Source: a virus
Taxonomy: Duplodnaviria; Caudoviricetes
Strand: one strand, 5' to 3'
Length of the DNA: 64,000 nucleotides
Virus record (IMG/VR): IMGVR_UViG_3300045391_006539
Shown here: piece after piece, positions 46,878-56,788 of the stretch
Layout of the letters: the number at the start of each line of letters is the position of its first letter
Numbering within the stretch: position 1 is the first letter of the stretch
Position numbers and translations under genes: made by a program
The notes under the pieces: generated by a model
The model's database searches: none
Seen by the model: only the letters and a program-made list of their open reading frames with translations
Told to the model about the DNA's origin: nothing

Positions 46878-48220
46878 TCGACTCCCAGGGCTTTGAGGAC
46901 GTAGTAGCGGAGGTGCAGCTCGTACTCGAAGTTCGTGCGCATGTACTCGTGCAGGTCGGCCAGGCGTGGCATGCCGCCGAGGTCTGTCTTGGCACGGGTG
47001 ACGGGGTTGTAGATGTCGATGCCCTGTGGCGTCTCTGCGATGACGCCCTTGGCTAGACCATGCGTGATGATGCCCCAGGCGTCGTCATAGGCCATGGGGA
47101 TGTCGTAGCGGAACTCCACCTCGCCGGTGATGTTGTCATGGCAGCCGACCTTGCCCTTCTCGGTTTTCCAGTGCAGGGTCTTGCCATAGACCACGGTCTG
47201 GCCCTGGACGGTGTGGCGCAGGACCTGTCCGTCCCAGATGGTGAGGTCGATGAGTTTGCCGTGGCGGAGGGCATAGGCGCCCGTGACGGCCCAGTCCTTG
47301 AGCATCTTCTGCATGTAGCTCGGGGCGCTCGCCTTGGCGCTGTTCGAGCGGACCTGGGCAATGCCGAGAACGGTCGTCGGGTTGAGTCCGTTGATGCCGC
47401 TCGTGTGCGGCGTGTACTTCTTGAGGAAGTCCGTGAGCAGGTTGGCGTTGCCGCTCATCTTCGGAGTCGCACCCACGTCCTTGTGCTCGTCGGCTTCGGG
47501 CAGGAGGATGGAGAAGGAGTCCACACCGATGATGTTGAAGCGGTTGTAGATGACTGCCTGGTTGACCGTGTGCAAGAACTCCTCACCCGTGCTGCCCTGG
47601 ATGATTTCGAAACCACCCACCTCGCGCTTGTACCAGCGTATCTCGTCTGGATGTAGACCCGGCATGCCGTACTGCAGACGCTCCTGGTGCCAGGCCGAGA
47701 GAATCTCGTCGGGGACTGGGACGACCAGCCCGACCTGCAGCGCACGCTTGAAGTCGAAGGCGCCTTCGGCTTGGGCGTAGGCGATGTTCGCGTATTGCCC
47801 ATAGAGGCGCTGGTGCATGGCCATCGTGCGCATCAAGAGGAAGCTCTTGCCGGCGTTGTCGGGGCCGCTGATGATGGAGAGACCGCCGGCGGGGAAGCCG
47901 CCACCGAGGTCTGCGTCCAGCTTGATGATACCCGTGGGTCTACGGAGCTCGTAGACGTTGGGTGCTTCGTTGGCCATGACGACGCGTTTGCGACCGTCTT
48001 TGTTCATGGCGGCAGCGAACTCGCGGTTCGCCGTACGGACGTCTTTGGCGATGCCCAGTTGGTCTGCAGAGATTCGGGCGCCGACTCTCTGATGTTCTTC
48101 CTCTCCGTCTTCCCCGTCCCCCGCCTCCGCCGGCTCGAAGCCGGCGGACTTGGGAGCTTTGGGTGCGCTGAGGCGCGGCTTTGCGGTCTTGGTCTTTGCT
48201 TGGGTCTTCTTCGCTGCCAT
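46853..48220 (-). CDS. recA: RecA/UvsX-like recombinase
   Basis: TGI..LD..LGGGFPAG; GPDNAGKS; AEG.FD; VDS; QVR; G..AL.H. Confidence 0.85.
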   Translation of the reverse strand: MAAKKTQAKTKTAKPRLSAPKAPKSAGFEPAEAGDGEDGEEEHQRVGARISADQLGIAKDVRTANREFAAAMNKDGRKRVVMANEAPNVYELRRPTGIIKLDADLGGGFPAGGLSIISGPDNAGKSFLLMRTMAMHQRLYGQYANIAYAQAEGAFDFKRALQVGLVVPVPDEILSAWHQERLQYGMPGLHPDEIRWYKREVGGFEIIQGSTGEEFLHTVNQAVIYNRFNIIGVDSFSILLPEADEHKDVGATPKMSGNANLLTDFLKKYTPHTSGINGLNPTTVLGIAQVRSNSAKASAPSYMQKMLKDWAVTGAYALRHGKLIDLTIWDGQVLRHTVQGQTVVYGKTLHWKTEKGKVGCHDNITGEVEFRYDIPMAYDDAWGIITHGLAKGVIAETPQGIDIYNPVTRAKTDLGGMPRLADLHEYMRTNFEYELHLRYYVLKALGVECLYRPLA

Positions 48221-48682
48221 TCACTTCTCGAAGGGTTCGGTGCCACATCTTGGGCACTCGACCACTCGGCCATGCTGCGTCACCGGCGCGCCGCACCGCG
48301 GACATCCGTGTGCGGCTGCCTTCTCGAGCACGTCTGGGTCGATGCCCTCGTCCACTGCGTACTTGGTCATGCCTTCAGAGCTCTTGTCCATGTCGATTCC
48401 TTTCTGGAGACCGTAGTTGTCGGCGATGAGCTTCTTCAGACTACGGGCTTTCGAGAAGTATAGTCGGACTCGGACAGGGTCTTCGGTTTGTTCGGGGGAG
48501 ATGCGCGTCCCCTTCTCGATGCGGACTACGAGCTTGCCGAGACCACGGACGTTGAAGCCTCCGTGATTGACGACCGCGTTGATGAGCTCGTCGACGAAGG
48601 CGTCAGTGAGGTATGCCACGTCTCGGAATGACATACCGATGGAAGACGCGACGCGTTGGTCTAACTGTTGCTTGGTCAGCAT
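48221..48682 (-). CDS. HU/IHF-like DNA-binding protein with C-terminal Zn ribbon
   Basis: LTKQQL...VA...V.GLGKL...FSKARSLK; tail CPRCG...CPRCG. Confidence 0.7.
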   Translation of the reverse strand: MLTKQQLDQRVASSIGMSFRDVAYLTDAFVDELINAVVNHGGFNVRGLGKLVVRIEKGTRISPEQTEDPVRVRLYFSKARSLKKLIADNYGLQKGIDMDKSSEGMTKYAVDEGIDPDVLEKAAAHGCPRCGAPVTQHGRVVECPRCGTEPFEK

Positions 48683-48692
48683 TCTGCCACCG

Positions 48693-51587
48693 CTACTTTG
48701 AAACGGCCCAGTTGGCCCCACGTCCACCAGCGACGGTCAGGGGAACGTCGAGGTCATGGAAGAAGGGTCTCTCCATCCACTGAACGATTTCCGCGAGTGC
48801 TTCCGCGGCAGTTTCCTTGGGGCACTCGTGAATCAACTCGTCGTGGATGTTGAGGTTTGGACGACAACCATAGCGGATGTCGAGCCGTGCTCGGTCGAGG
48901 AGGAGCTGGGCCATCTTGACTACGTCTGCCGCCGAGCCCTGAATCTCCATGTTGATGGCCTGGCGTTCTGCTCTCGCCCGCTCGTCTTTGCGGGACGAGG
49001 CAATGCCGGGGAGGTTGCGGCGGCGGCCGAGGATGCTGAAGGCGTAGCCCGTCTTCTGGGTGATGGCGACGGCTTCGGTGTAGAACTTGGTGACTGCCGG
49101 GTAGGTCTTCTTATAGAGCGCAATCTTGGCCTCGGCTTCCATGCGAGTGATGCCGAGGTCGTTGGCGAGCTTGCCGGCACCCATGCCGTAGTTCAGACCG
49201 AAGCCGATGTTCTTGGCCGCGGCACGGGAATGCAGACAGTGCAGCACGCGCTCGGTGAGGTAGGCGGCGGCGAGTGACCCCTCCTTCACCTCCTTGTCAA
49301 TCCGCTTGGCTTCCTTCAGCTCCTCATAGGGAATGCCCATCATCATGGACGCGTTGCCCATGTGGATGTCCCAGTTGCGAAGGAAGATATCAATCATGTC
49401 CTGCTCGCGGGCGGCTGCCGCGAGGAGTCGCATCTCCAGCTGGTTGTAGTCGCAGACCAGCATGTCATGGCCTGGGGGTGCGATGAAGCAGGAGCGGATG
49501 CCCCACTTGTCACGCTCCTCGTTCGGGATGTTCTGACACTGACCCGTAACGCAGATTTCTCCATTCGTCCGTACGAGGATGTAGCTCGAGGGAACCGATA
49601 CGCAGTAGACATCGCCGCCGTAAGCGCGTGTCTTCTTTCTCGCATTGGTGGTCAGGCTGTAGTCCCTGGCCGTAACGTCTATCTGGTAGTTGGGCTCTCC
49701 GTTGGCTTTCTCATAGATTCGGAAGTGGGCCCGCTTCCCACGGATGGCCAGGATGGTCTGGACCCATGTGGCATTTGCGGGCTGGTCGCTCGAGTAATGG
49801 TTCCTTCGCGCCCAGCAGCCGTCCCAGAAGAAGACCTCCTCACAGAAGATATCGAGTTCCTCTTCAGTGAGGTCGAGTAACCAGGGCCCAAAGACCTTCT
49901 CGGTTCCGATGAGCTCGAGAACTCGTTCGACGAGAGGACTTTTTGGTAATCGGAAACGTGCGCGACCGAGTGAATCTTCTGGGTTGTGTGCGTACTTGGC
50001 TTCGAGGTTATCCAGTATCGACTTGATGCGCTTGGCCTTGCGCGTCTTCGTGAATGAAAGTTCGATGGCCCCGTGCTGGTCTATATAGCCGTCTGCTTGT
50101 ACTGCAACGACGAGTCTGAGCAGGTCTTCACCAAGCTGTGTCTGACCACCCGAAAACCAACCGGCGTGGAGCTGTTGCCAGTCGGAGGGATAGTCTTTGC
50201 CCAGGAAGACTCGAAGCTCTCCCGTCTTGCGGTGACGCAGCAGGCATCGATGGTCTTCCGTCACCTTCAGGCGGATGTGTTGGTTCTCGATGTGGACGAG
50301 ACGCTCGGCCTTCTGCTTGACGTAGTCCGTGGGTTTGACGAACGAGATGACCCCGTTCTCCCACTGCGCGACGGGCGTCCCGGGTGTGTAGACATCGAAG
50401 CGGACCCACCCAGCAGGTGTCAGGACTTCTGTGTCGGGCGAGAAGCAGTTGGGGTCACTACTGGACAACCGTCCGGTACGAGCGATGTCCTGATTGAATC
50501 GGGTGTGGATGCGGTTGCGACCGTCGACCAGGTCTCCGATGCCGACGATGTACGTGCCGTAGAGCTTGGAGACGTTGCGGTGCTGCAGGGTCAGCTTGGC
50601 GACGGGGTCACCGAGCTCGTTCGCCGCGTACTCGAGGAAGTCCGCGTCTGCAGACGGCTTCCGGTTGCCACTCGCTCCACCCTTGGTCCACTTGATGGGC
50701 TCGTACTTGCGCTGTTCGAAGAAGTAGCGGGCGAGCTCGTGGGACTTCGAGGGCGTGAGCATCCAGCCGCAGTGCTGGGCAATCTTGCGTTCGATGTCTT
50801 CCATCTCGCGCTCGGCGAGAGGAGCGAAGGCGCGGAGCTTGTCGGTATCCACCATGATGCCGTTGCGCTCGTACTTCCAGAGCACCTTGGTGTAGGGCGA
50901 CTCGATTTTGTGGAAGAGGTCCCAGAGCGTCTCGATGTACGGCGGCAGCTCGCGGAAGAGGCTGTGGGTTTGAGCCTGCTCCAGTCGTGCTCTCAGGTCT
51001 CGGTAGACCCCGAGTGTGCCCCAGGCGTCGTTGGCCGCGTACTCCACGAGCAGCGGGAAGTTCTCCTCCTCGGCGCGTGCGATGAGTCTCCAGGGTGGAT
51101 TGTCCTGAGTGATTTTCCCGAAGGTGTCTTGGAAGTCGCTCCAGCGCCAGCCGAGCAGGTGCTTGGCCATGTCCTTGAGGCGGTGACTCTGCTCGTCGAA
51201 GAGCAGGGCGTGCTGGACCTGGGTGTCATAGATGCGTCCAGAGAAGGGTGGCTCGATGCCGTTGCCTTCCATGTTCGCGAACATGTGCATGTCGTACTTG
51301 CCGTTCGCGAATATCCATTTCTTCCGTCGGTCTTTGAAGATGTCACGGAAGTACGGCAACATGCTCTTGTGCAGCGTCGCGCGGCGATTACCCCATGCGA
51401 CGGACCAGTAGAGCACCAGGTCTCGCCAGACCGTGAGACCCGTGGTCTCACTGTCGATGGCAATCTCATCGGCATCTTCGAGGGCGCGGATGACCTGCCC
51501 GACGTCGCCGGAGACTACGCCGCGAGGATTGGGAGGAAGTGGACCATAATACTCACTCGTTGGGACATCGACGTTCCATCTAGCCAT
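48693..51587 (-). CDS. polA: family A DNA polymerase with intein
   Basis: exonuclease DSETTG, NGKYD, YAANDA; RTGRLSSSDPN; DYNQLEMR; R..AK..GFGLNYG; QGSAAD; IHDEL. Confidence 0.95.
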   Translation of the reverse strand: MARWNVDVPTSEYYGPLPPNPRGVVSGDVGQVIRALEDADEIAIDSETTGLTVWRDLVLYWSVAWGNRRATLHKSMLPYFRDIFKDRRKKWIFANGKYDMHMFANMEGNGIEPPFSGRIYDTQVQHALLFDEQSHRLKDMAKHLLGWRWSDFQDTFGKITQDNPPWRLIARAEEENFPLLVEYAANDAWGTLGVYRDLRARLEQAQTHSLFRELPPYIETLWDLFHKIESPYTKVLWKYERNGIMVDTDKLRAFAPLAEREMEDIERKIAQHCGWMLTPSKSHELARYFFEQRKYEPIKWTKGGASGNRKPSADADFLEYAANELGDPVAKLTLQHRNVSKLYGTYIVGIGDLVDGRNRIHTRFNQDIARTGRLSSSDPNCFSPDTEVLTPAGWVRFDVYTPGTPVAQWENGVISFVKPTDYVKQKAERLVHIENQHIRLKVTEDHRCLLRHRKTGELRVFLGKDYPSDWQQLHAGWFSGGQTQLGEDLLRLVVAVQADGYIDQHGAIELSFTKTRKAKRIKSILDNLEAKYAHNPEDSLGRARFRLPKSPLVERVLELIGTEKVFGPWLLDLTEEELDIFCEEVFFWDGCWARRNHYSSDQPANATWVQTILAIRGKRAHFRIYEKANGEPNYQIDVTARDYSLTTNARKKTRAYGGDVYCVSVPSSYILVRTNGEICVTGQCQNIPNEERDKWGIRSCFIAPPGHDMLVCDYNQLEMRLLAAAAREQDMIDIFLRNWDIHMGNASMMMGIPYEELKEAKRIDKEVKEGSLAAAYLTERVLHCLHSRAAAKNIGFGLNYGMGAGKLANDLGITRMEAEAKIALYKKTYPAVTKFYTEAVAITQKTGYAFSILGRRRNLPGIASSRKDERARAERQAINMEIQGSAADVVKMAQLLLDRARLDIRYGCRPNLNIHDELIHECPKETAAEALAEIVQWMERPFFHDLDVPLTVAGGRGANWAVSK
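49539..50447 (-). mobile_element. LAGLIDADG-type intein in PolA, ending Gly-Gln
   Basis: PN|CFSPDTEVLT...VTEDH...VQADG...FFWDG...VYCVSVP...VTGQ|CQNIP; 303 aa. Confidence 0.9.
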
Positions 51588-51627
51588 GGTTGGGCGAGGG
51601 CCCACCCATGCGGGTGGGCCCGTTCTC

Positions 51628-51819
51628 TCACTTGTGTGTGGGCTCTTTGTCTTCTTCTGTAGACCCCTCGAGGAGGTCTGCCTCGGTCAACGCGCGGTCG
51701 AGAGCGTTGATGAAGTTGGGTCGGACCTTGTATCCGCCATACTTGAGCGGCTCCAGGTGACAGAGCAGGCGATGTGCTGCACCCCGGAGCTGCTTGTAGG
51801 CGAGCTCCCGCTCGTTCAC
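51628..51819 (-). CDS. small hypothetical protein
   Basis: GTG start coupled to previous stop. Confidence 0.4.
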   Translation of the reverse strand: MNERELAYKQLRGAAHRLLCHLEPLKYGGYKVRPNFINALDRALTEADLLEGSTEEDKEPTHK

Positions 51820-53207
51820 CGAGGTGGAGTCCAGCCAGCAGGAGCCTGTCCCCAGCCCGCGGGAGGTGCCTGTACCGGCTGCTGCTGCTGCTGCTGCTGC
51901 TGGGGCGGCTGGTAGCCATAGGGCGCCGGCGGTTGGACGGGCTGTTGCTGTCCCCCATAGGGCGCCGCGTACTGGTTGGGGTCGTAGCCGTACCCTGCCG
52001 GCTGGTACTGCTGGGGCTGGTAGCCCTGCGGCGCCGGTGGCTGGTACTGCTGTGCTGCCGCCTGAGTGTTGGGGTGGCCGAAGAGCTGCACCTGGTCTTC
52101 GTAGGGCGTAGGCGCGAACTTGGTGAGCACGTTGGGCAGTTTCTCCATGACCTTGGCGTACATCGGGTCGATGGCCTTGGGTGGCGAGCTCCAGGGAATC
52201 ATCAACTGCGAAGTCTTGTTGACCTTGGTCTTGCAGAACTGGAAGTCCACGTCCCAGATGCTCGCGCTGCGGCCGTTCTGGCAGTAGCTGCAGGCCTGGA
52301 TGGCGTAGGGGTACGCCTTCTGGTTGCAGTTGCGGCAGGTGACGACCTGGTTGACGATTTCCTTGACCTTGTCTGCGGGGGTGGCGGTGTCTTGAATGGT
52401 TGGGTAGCTGCAGTGTGGGCACGCATAGGACTGCGTGTGCAGGCAGTTCTGGCCGCCGCAGTTCTTGCAATGCTTCTGTAGCATGTCGCTGTAGGCCTCG
52501 AGGGTCTTGAACATGCCGTAGTTCGCCGGCCAGGTCTGCACATGGCCCACCTTCCACTCGACTTGCTTGCCCTGGGTCTGCAAGTCTCGCGCGATGTGCT
52601 GGAACTCGGGTTCCTGCTGACCGATGTACTTGCGCCACTCCATGAAGGGCTGGCCGCCGTTCTTGCCTACGGAGACGCGGTTGTCCCTGTCGTACTGGTA
52701 GCCTTTGTAGAAGTGGCCACCCTGGCTCGGCTCACCGAGCTGCAGGATGATGAAGGCGTACTTCGTCGAGGCGCCCATGCGGTTGGGGTTCGTGGGCTTG
52801 TGCCCCGTCGCTCGCTCGATGCGCTTGCGTTCCTCGAAGTCCTCGTTCGAGATGTCGCAGCCGCGGCAGGGTTGCGCCTTGGACTTGTCTGCCCAGCGGT
52901 AGACACCGGCGGTGCAAATCATGCCCTTGCGCAGAGTGCCGTGGTAGTGCTCCACGAATTCGTACCAGCCCGTCTCTTCGACGATGACGGCTCCGGTGAC
53001 CTGGTCGATACGCTGGCTCTCGTACTTGCCGGGGATGAGTCGGACGAGGTCGGTGGAACCTTCCGGTGGCTCATAGTTGTTGGCCCAGGACGGCGAGGGT
53101 TTGCGGGGACCGTACTGGCGGCGGGCTGCGTTGCCCATGGCCTGAGAGCTCGTGGCTCCGAAGCCTCCGATGCGGGTGAGGTGACTGTCGTTTTTTCCAA
53201 AGCTCAA
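51816..53207 (-). CDS. putative ssDNA-binding protein with Zn ribbons and Gln/Pro-rich tail
   Basis: VRLIPG...EHY...C...C..C N-terminus like gp32-type SSBs; four further CxxC; located between primase and PolA. Confidence 0.5.
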   Translation of the reverse strand: MSFGKNDSHLTRIGGFGATSSQAMGNAARRQYGPRKPSPSWANNYEPPEGSTDLVRLIPGKYESQRIDQVTGAVIVEETGWYEFVEHYHGTLRKGMICTAGVYRWADKSKAQPCRGCDISNEDFEERKRIERATGHKPTNPNRMGASTKYAFIILQLGEPSQGGHFYKGYQYDRDNRVSVGKNGGQPFMEWRKYIGQQEPEFQHIARDLQTQGKQVEWKVGHVQTWPANYGMFKTLEAYSDMLQKHCKNCGGQNCLHTQSYACPHCSYPTIQDTATPADKVKEIVNQVVTCRNCNQKAYPYAIQACSYCQNGRSASIWDVDFQFCKTKVNKTSQLMIPWSSPPKAIDPMYAKVMEKLPNVLTKFAPTPYEDQVQLFGHPNTQAAAQQYQPPAPQGYQPQQYQPAGYGYDPNQYAAPYGGQQQPVQPPAPYGYQPPQQQQQQQQPVQAPPAGWGQAPAGWTPPR

Positions 53208-53716
53208 GGGGAGCCTCCAATCTGTTGTGCGGGGAAGTTGGTCTTGACGTATCCGGTATAGAGTTTGCGAACTGCTGTGTCGTAGGCTAGGGCGGCTTCG
53301 ACTTCTTCACTGAAGAGGCCGAGATAGGTGACTTTCCCTTTGGGAATCTTCACCTGCGCTTTCCACTTCCCACTCGGTTCCCACCAACTCACGCCCAGAT
53401 ACTGGCTCGATGTACCAGCTTTCTTCCGCTTGTTCTGGTTGTTGACAGATTGGTCTGCCACTCGAAGGTTACTGCGCTGGTTGTTCAGTCCATCTCCATC
53501 GATGTGGTCTACACCGCGTCCGCATCCAAGTACCTCCTGGTGCATCCATCTGAAGTAACCGTGGCCGCTGGCTTGCTCGGCGCTACTCCGCCGTCCTCTC
53601 GCGTACCAGTTGCCAGATGGTCCTTGGACTGCTTGCCAGTTGTACTGGTCCAGTCGTTCGTAGTCCTCGTCATCGACGAGAGCTACCTTTCCTCGTGTGA
53701 GGCCTATCGTTCTCAT
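53204..53716 (-). CDS. HNH-AP2 homing endonuclease
   Basis: ALVDDED; MHQEV; VDHIDGDGLNNQRSNLR; S.YLGVSW...W.A....YLGLF..E.EAALAYD. Confidence 0.9.
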   Translation of the reverse strand: MRTIGLTRGKVALVDDEDYERLDQYNWQAVQGPSGNWYARGRRSSAEQASGHGYFRWMHQEVLGCGRGVDHIDGDGLNNQRSNLRVADQSVNNQNKRKKAGTSSQYLGVSWWEPSGKWKAQVKIPKGKVTYLGLFSEEVEAALAYDTAVRKLYTGYVKTNFPAQQIGGSP

Positions 53717-53785
53717 AGTTCGTCTGTTCTCTTTTCGTCTTTGAGGTGTTCGTCTTTGAGGGGTCTCGGTCTCTTAGAAGTTCGT

Positions 53786-54802
53786 CTATTGAAGCTCACC
53801 TCTGGCGACCTTCGCGCGGAAGTCCCAAAAGTCGAGTGATTGCTCTTTGGCGCGTTGAATCTCTTCGGGAGTCAGGGAATCCGGTTGGGCCTTGTCGTCC
53901 TGCCGGAGTCTCTCAGGATACAGGATGACGCGCACGTTCATGCTCGGGCGGAGAGCTCTGCCCGCCCGCATGCAACCTTTCCATCCCGCATCGTTGTTGT
54001 CGAGAAATAGATACACCGTGGCGCCCGTGTCTTCGATAATCCATTGGTGTTGCTCGCTCATGTGGTCACCCATGAGCGCAGCGACATTGCCGATGCCGCA
54101 TTGGTGGGCCCACATGCAGGCCTTGAAGCCTTCGACGATGACTATCTCGCCGCCCTGCGTGCGGTGATAGAGGTCTGCGTAGCAGCGCCAGGCGTTGTAG
54201 AGGACGTTGGCCTTGCCCCAACTCTCACGCGGTGGCAAGTCCCAGACCTTGTACTCATCTGTGTAGATTTTGTAGCGAGGCTGTTGGTCGATGACGGTAC
54301 GGCCGCTGATGGCAACGAGCTGACCCCCGAGGTCGCGGATGGGATAGGTCACTCGCATGTGCCATCTATCGAAGCCGACGTCGAAGGTCTGCAAGGTCTG
54401 CTCCGTGAAGCCCGCTCGGAGCAGGTCATGCGGCACGTAATCGAGTAGACCCAGCAGCTTGTGGTCGATGGGGTTCTTGTCGAAGAGCTCGGCCTTGATG
54501 GGATTCTTGGCCGCTGGCAGGTGCTCCTTCGCAGCGTCGAGGAGCAACTTGTAGTTATTGAGAATCTCTTGCCTCGGCACGCCGAGGTCTTTGAAGAATG
54601 TGTAGAGGTTGCCCTTTGCACCACAGGCATGGCACAGGTAGAGGCCAGTCGAGAGGTGCATGGCGAAACTCGCACCGCGCTCCTCGCTACCATCGCTCTT
54701 TCTATGGAACGGACATCGACCAGTTGCATTCTCAGGTCCAGACCGACCTACTCCGTTGACGTAAGTCCTGAGGATGTTCTCAATCTCATACCGTACGTCC
54801 AT
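53786..54802 (-). CDS. DNA primase (CHC2 zinc finger + TOPRIM)
   Basis: CPFH...CHAC; SGR; VEG; LDNNDAG; PD. Confidence 0.9.
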   Translation of the reverse strand: MDVRYEIENILRTYVNGVGRSGPENATGRCPFHRKSDGSEERGASFAMHLSTGLYLCHACGAKGNLYTFFKDLGVPRQEILNNYKLLLDAAKEHLPAAKNPIKAELFDKNPIDHKLLGLLDYVPHDLLRAGFTEQTLQTFDVGFDRWHMRVTYPIRDLGGQLVAISGRTVIDQQPRYKIYTDEYKVWDLPPRESWGKANVLYNAWRCYADLYHRTQGGEIVIVEGFKACMWAHQCGIGNVAALMGDHMSEQHQWIIEDTGATVYLFLDNNDAGWKGCMRAGRALRPSMNVRVILYPERLRQDDKAQPDSLTPEEIQRAKEQSLDFWDFRAKVARGELQ

Positions 54803-55304
54803 CCCACTTCCTCACTGGCCTGAGTGCTTCTTCTGCTGAGCAGCCTCGATATAGTCGCACAGCGACAGTGGTGGGATTCAGCCCAAGCTCTTCTGCCCAG
54901 GCAGTCACGGTCTTACTCACCCCTTGAAATACGAGAAAGTGATTGGTGCGGCGATTGTTGGCCTGCTCCTTCTTCGTACTCCAGCAACAATTACTCGGTG
55001 TGTAGTTGCCATCATTGTCTCTCCGTTCGAGCTGTTTGCCCTTAGGCTGCTCTCCCATGTCGGCGAGGAAGTTCTCGAACTTGAGCCAGCGCTTGCAGAC
55101 CTTGATGCCGCGTCCACCGTAGTTGTGATAGGCGGCCTCAGTGGGGTTCAGGCAACGCCTTTTCATGGATGACCAGCAGAGATAGGTCTTGGACCTCCCA
55201 TTTATGGCCGTGGCATGTCCGTGCCTTCTCGGCTTTGGCACGCCTCGTTGTGCATCACCAATGCGCTTCTTTGTAATCTCCAGGTGGGGTGAGTATCTAG
55301 GCAT
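54786..55304 (-). CDS. HNH-type homing endonuclease
   Basis: W..MK.RC.N.....Y..YGGRGI.VC.RW..FENFLADMG...LER.DN.GNY...NC.W.T..EQ..N.R. Confidence 0.9.
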   Translation of the reverse strand: MPRYSPHLEITKKRIGDAQRGVPKPRRHGHATAINGRSKTYLCWSSMKRRCLNPTEAAYHNYGGRGIKVCKRWLKFENFLADMGEQPKGKQLERRDNDGNYTPSNCCWSTKKEQANNRRTNHFLVFQGVSKTVTAWAEELGLNPTTVAVRLYRGCSAEEALRPVRKWDGRTV

Positions 55305-55309
55305 TGTCT

Positions 55310-56770
55310 CTACCTGTTGTGGCCGTGTTGTAGTGGAAAGACCGAGTTGACGTGGCTGATGGCTCCCGCCATGCCGTTGATGTAGCCATCCATCTTCTGG
55401 TTGGCTTCTTTGAGTTCCCGCGCCGGCGTCATGCCATTGCTGGGCTTCTTGGCGTGTGCCTTCTCGTCGTCCTTGTCTCCGGAGTCCTTGTCCTTCGCTT
55501 TCTCGATGTCTTTGGCCGTGAGGAGAGAGTCCTCGTCATTGATGCCGTACTGCTCGAAATTCTGGGCAGGTACGGCATTGATGCGGAAGCCGTTGAGTTT
55601 GAACTCGCGCGCGCCGCCCATGACGACCATGGCCGAAGGCGAGTCCTTCTCGTTGATGACGCGAGAGACCATGGTGGCGTCTTGTCCAATGGCGTCCGAG
55701 AAGGCGAGCTCGTCGAGGTTCGCCTCCTGATGCTTGGCTGCTTGGCGGTTGGCCTGGAGTGTCGCGATGATGGGCACCTTAGTCTCCAGGTTCATCTGCC
55801 GCAGCTCGTTCGAGATGCTGGCGACCTTGTTGTGCTTGTCCTTGTTCTTGTTGACGTCGCTCATCAGATAGAGCCCGTCGACGAAGACCGCGTGTGGCTG
55901 GTACGTCTTCACCTTGCTCATGAGCCAGGGCACGGTGTCTCCACCGCGCGAGGCGTCTTTCCCAGACAAGGTGATGATGTTCTCGTCCCCACCCGTCCGG
56001 GAGATGATTTTGCGGGTCTGGTAGACCCGGACTTCCTCATCGTAGGTGAGTGCGCCCTCGCGGAAGCGGCCGTAGTCGACCTGGGCGATGCAGCAGATGA
56101 TGCGGTTGAAGACGTTCTCGGGCGTCATCTCCTTCGTGTAGATGACGATGCGCCGGCCTTGCATGAACAGACAGGCGGCGATGTAGAAGAGAATCCAAGA
56201 TTTGTAGCTCTTGGGCCGTCCGTAGAAGACGATGTAGTCATCGGGTTGGATGCCACCCGTGGCTCGCTGCAGGATGTTCCAGGGCCAATCGGCGACGGCG
56301 AAGGAGATGCCGTTCTTTCGCAGCTGGTAGTGATGCAGAGCTTGGTCGAAGGCGGTGCCGAACTTGACGTCGGTAATCTTGCCGCTGCCGAGCTGTACCA
56401 TCTCGGTTCCGAGCTGGACCATCTGCGCGGAGGCTTGGATGGGGTCGGTGTCTAGCAGCTCGCGAATCTTGTCGAGCTTCTCGGCGGCTTCCAGAGAGAT
56501 GCGAGACAGGCGGACTTCGGAGCAGAGCGCCTCCGTCGTCATGTGGGGGTCGTCACAGAGGACGAAGTTCGGAAAGACCTGCGTGCTCGCCGCTGGTCCA
56601 ATCACACTGCCGCGGGTCTGCGGCATCGAGTAATACGCCAGGAGATAGCCGTACATTTGGTGGGCGAGACCAGTTCGGAAGTCATCTTGCTGGATGCCCC
56701 ACTCAATACATCTATGTAGCTCTCCTCGGTTGATGATGCGGGAGATGAGTTGAAGCTCCCTACTTGACAT
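55310..56770 (-). CDS. DnaB-like (SF4) replicative helicase
   Basis: GRPKSYKS; KEM; FVDGLYLM; QANR; SDAIGQDA. Confidence 0.85.
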   Translation of the reverse strand: MSSRELQLISRIINRGELHRCIEWGIQQDDFRTGLAHQMYGYLLAYYSMPQTRGSVIGPAASTQVFPNFVLCDDPHMTTEALCSEVRLSRISLEAAEKLDKIRELLDTDPIQASAQMVQLGTEMVQLGSGKITDVKFGTAFDQALHHYQLRKNGISFAVADWPWNILQRATGGIQPDDYIVFYGRPKSYKSWILFYIAACLFMQGRRIVIYTKEMTPENVFNRIICCIAQVDYGRFREGALTYDEEVRVYQTRKIISRTGGDENIITLSGKDASRGGDTVPWLMSKVKTYQPHAVFVDGLYLMSDVNKNKDKHNKVASISNELRQMNLETKVPIIATLQANRQAAKHQEANLDELAFSDAIGQDATMVSRVINEKDSPSAMVVMGGAREFKLNGFRINAVPAQNFEQYGINDEDSLLTAKDIEKAKDKDSGDKDDEKAHAKKPSNGMTPARELKEANQKMDGYINGMAGAISHVNSVFPLQHGHNR

Positions 56771-56788
56771 CGGATACGCCCTTCAATT

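Noticed and set aside
51878-51902. CTG trinucleotide run
   Set aside because: Encodes the poly-Gln tail of 51816..53207.
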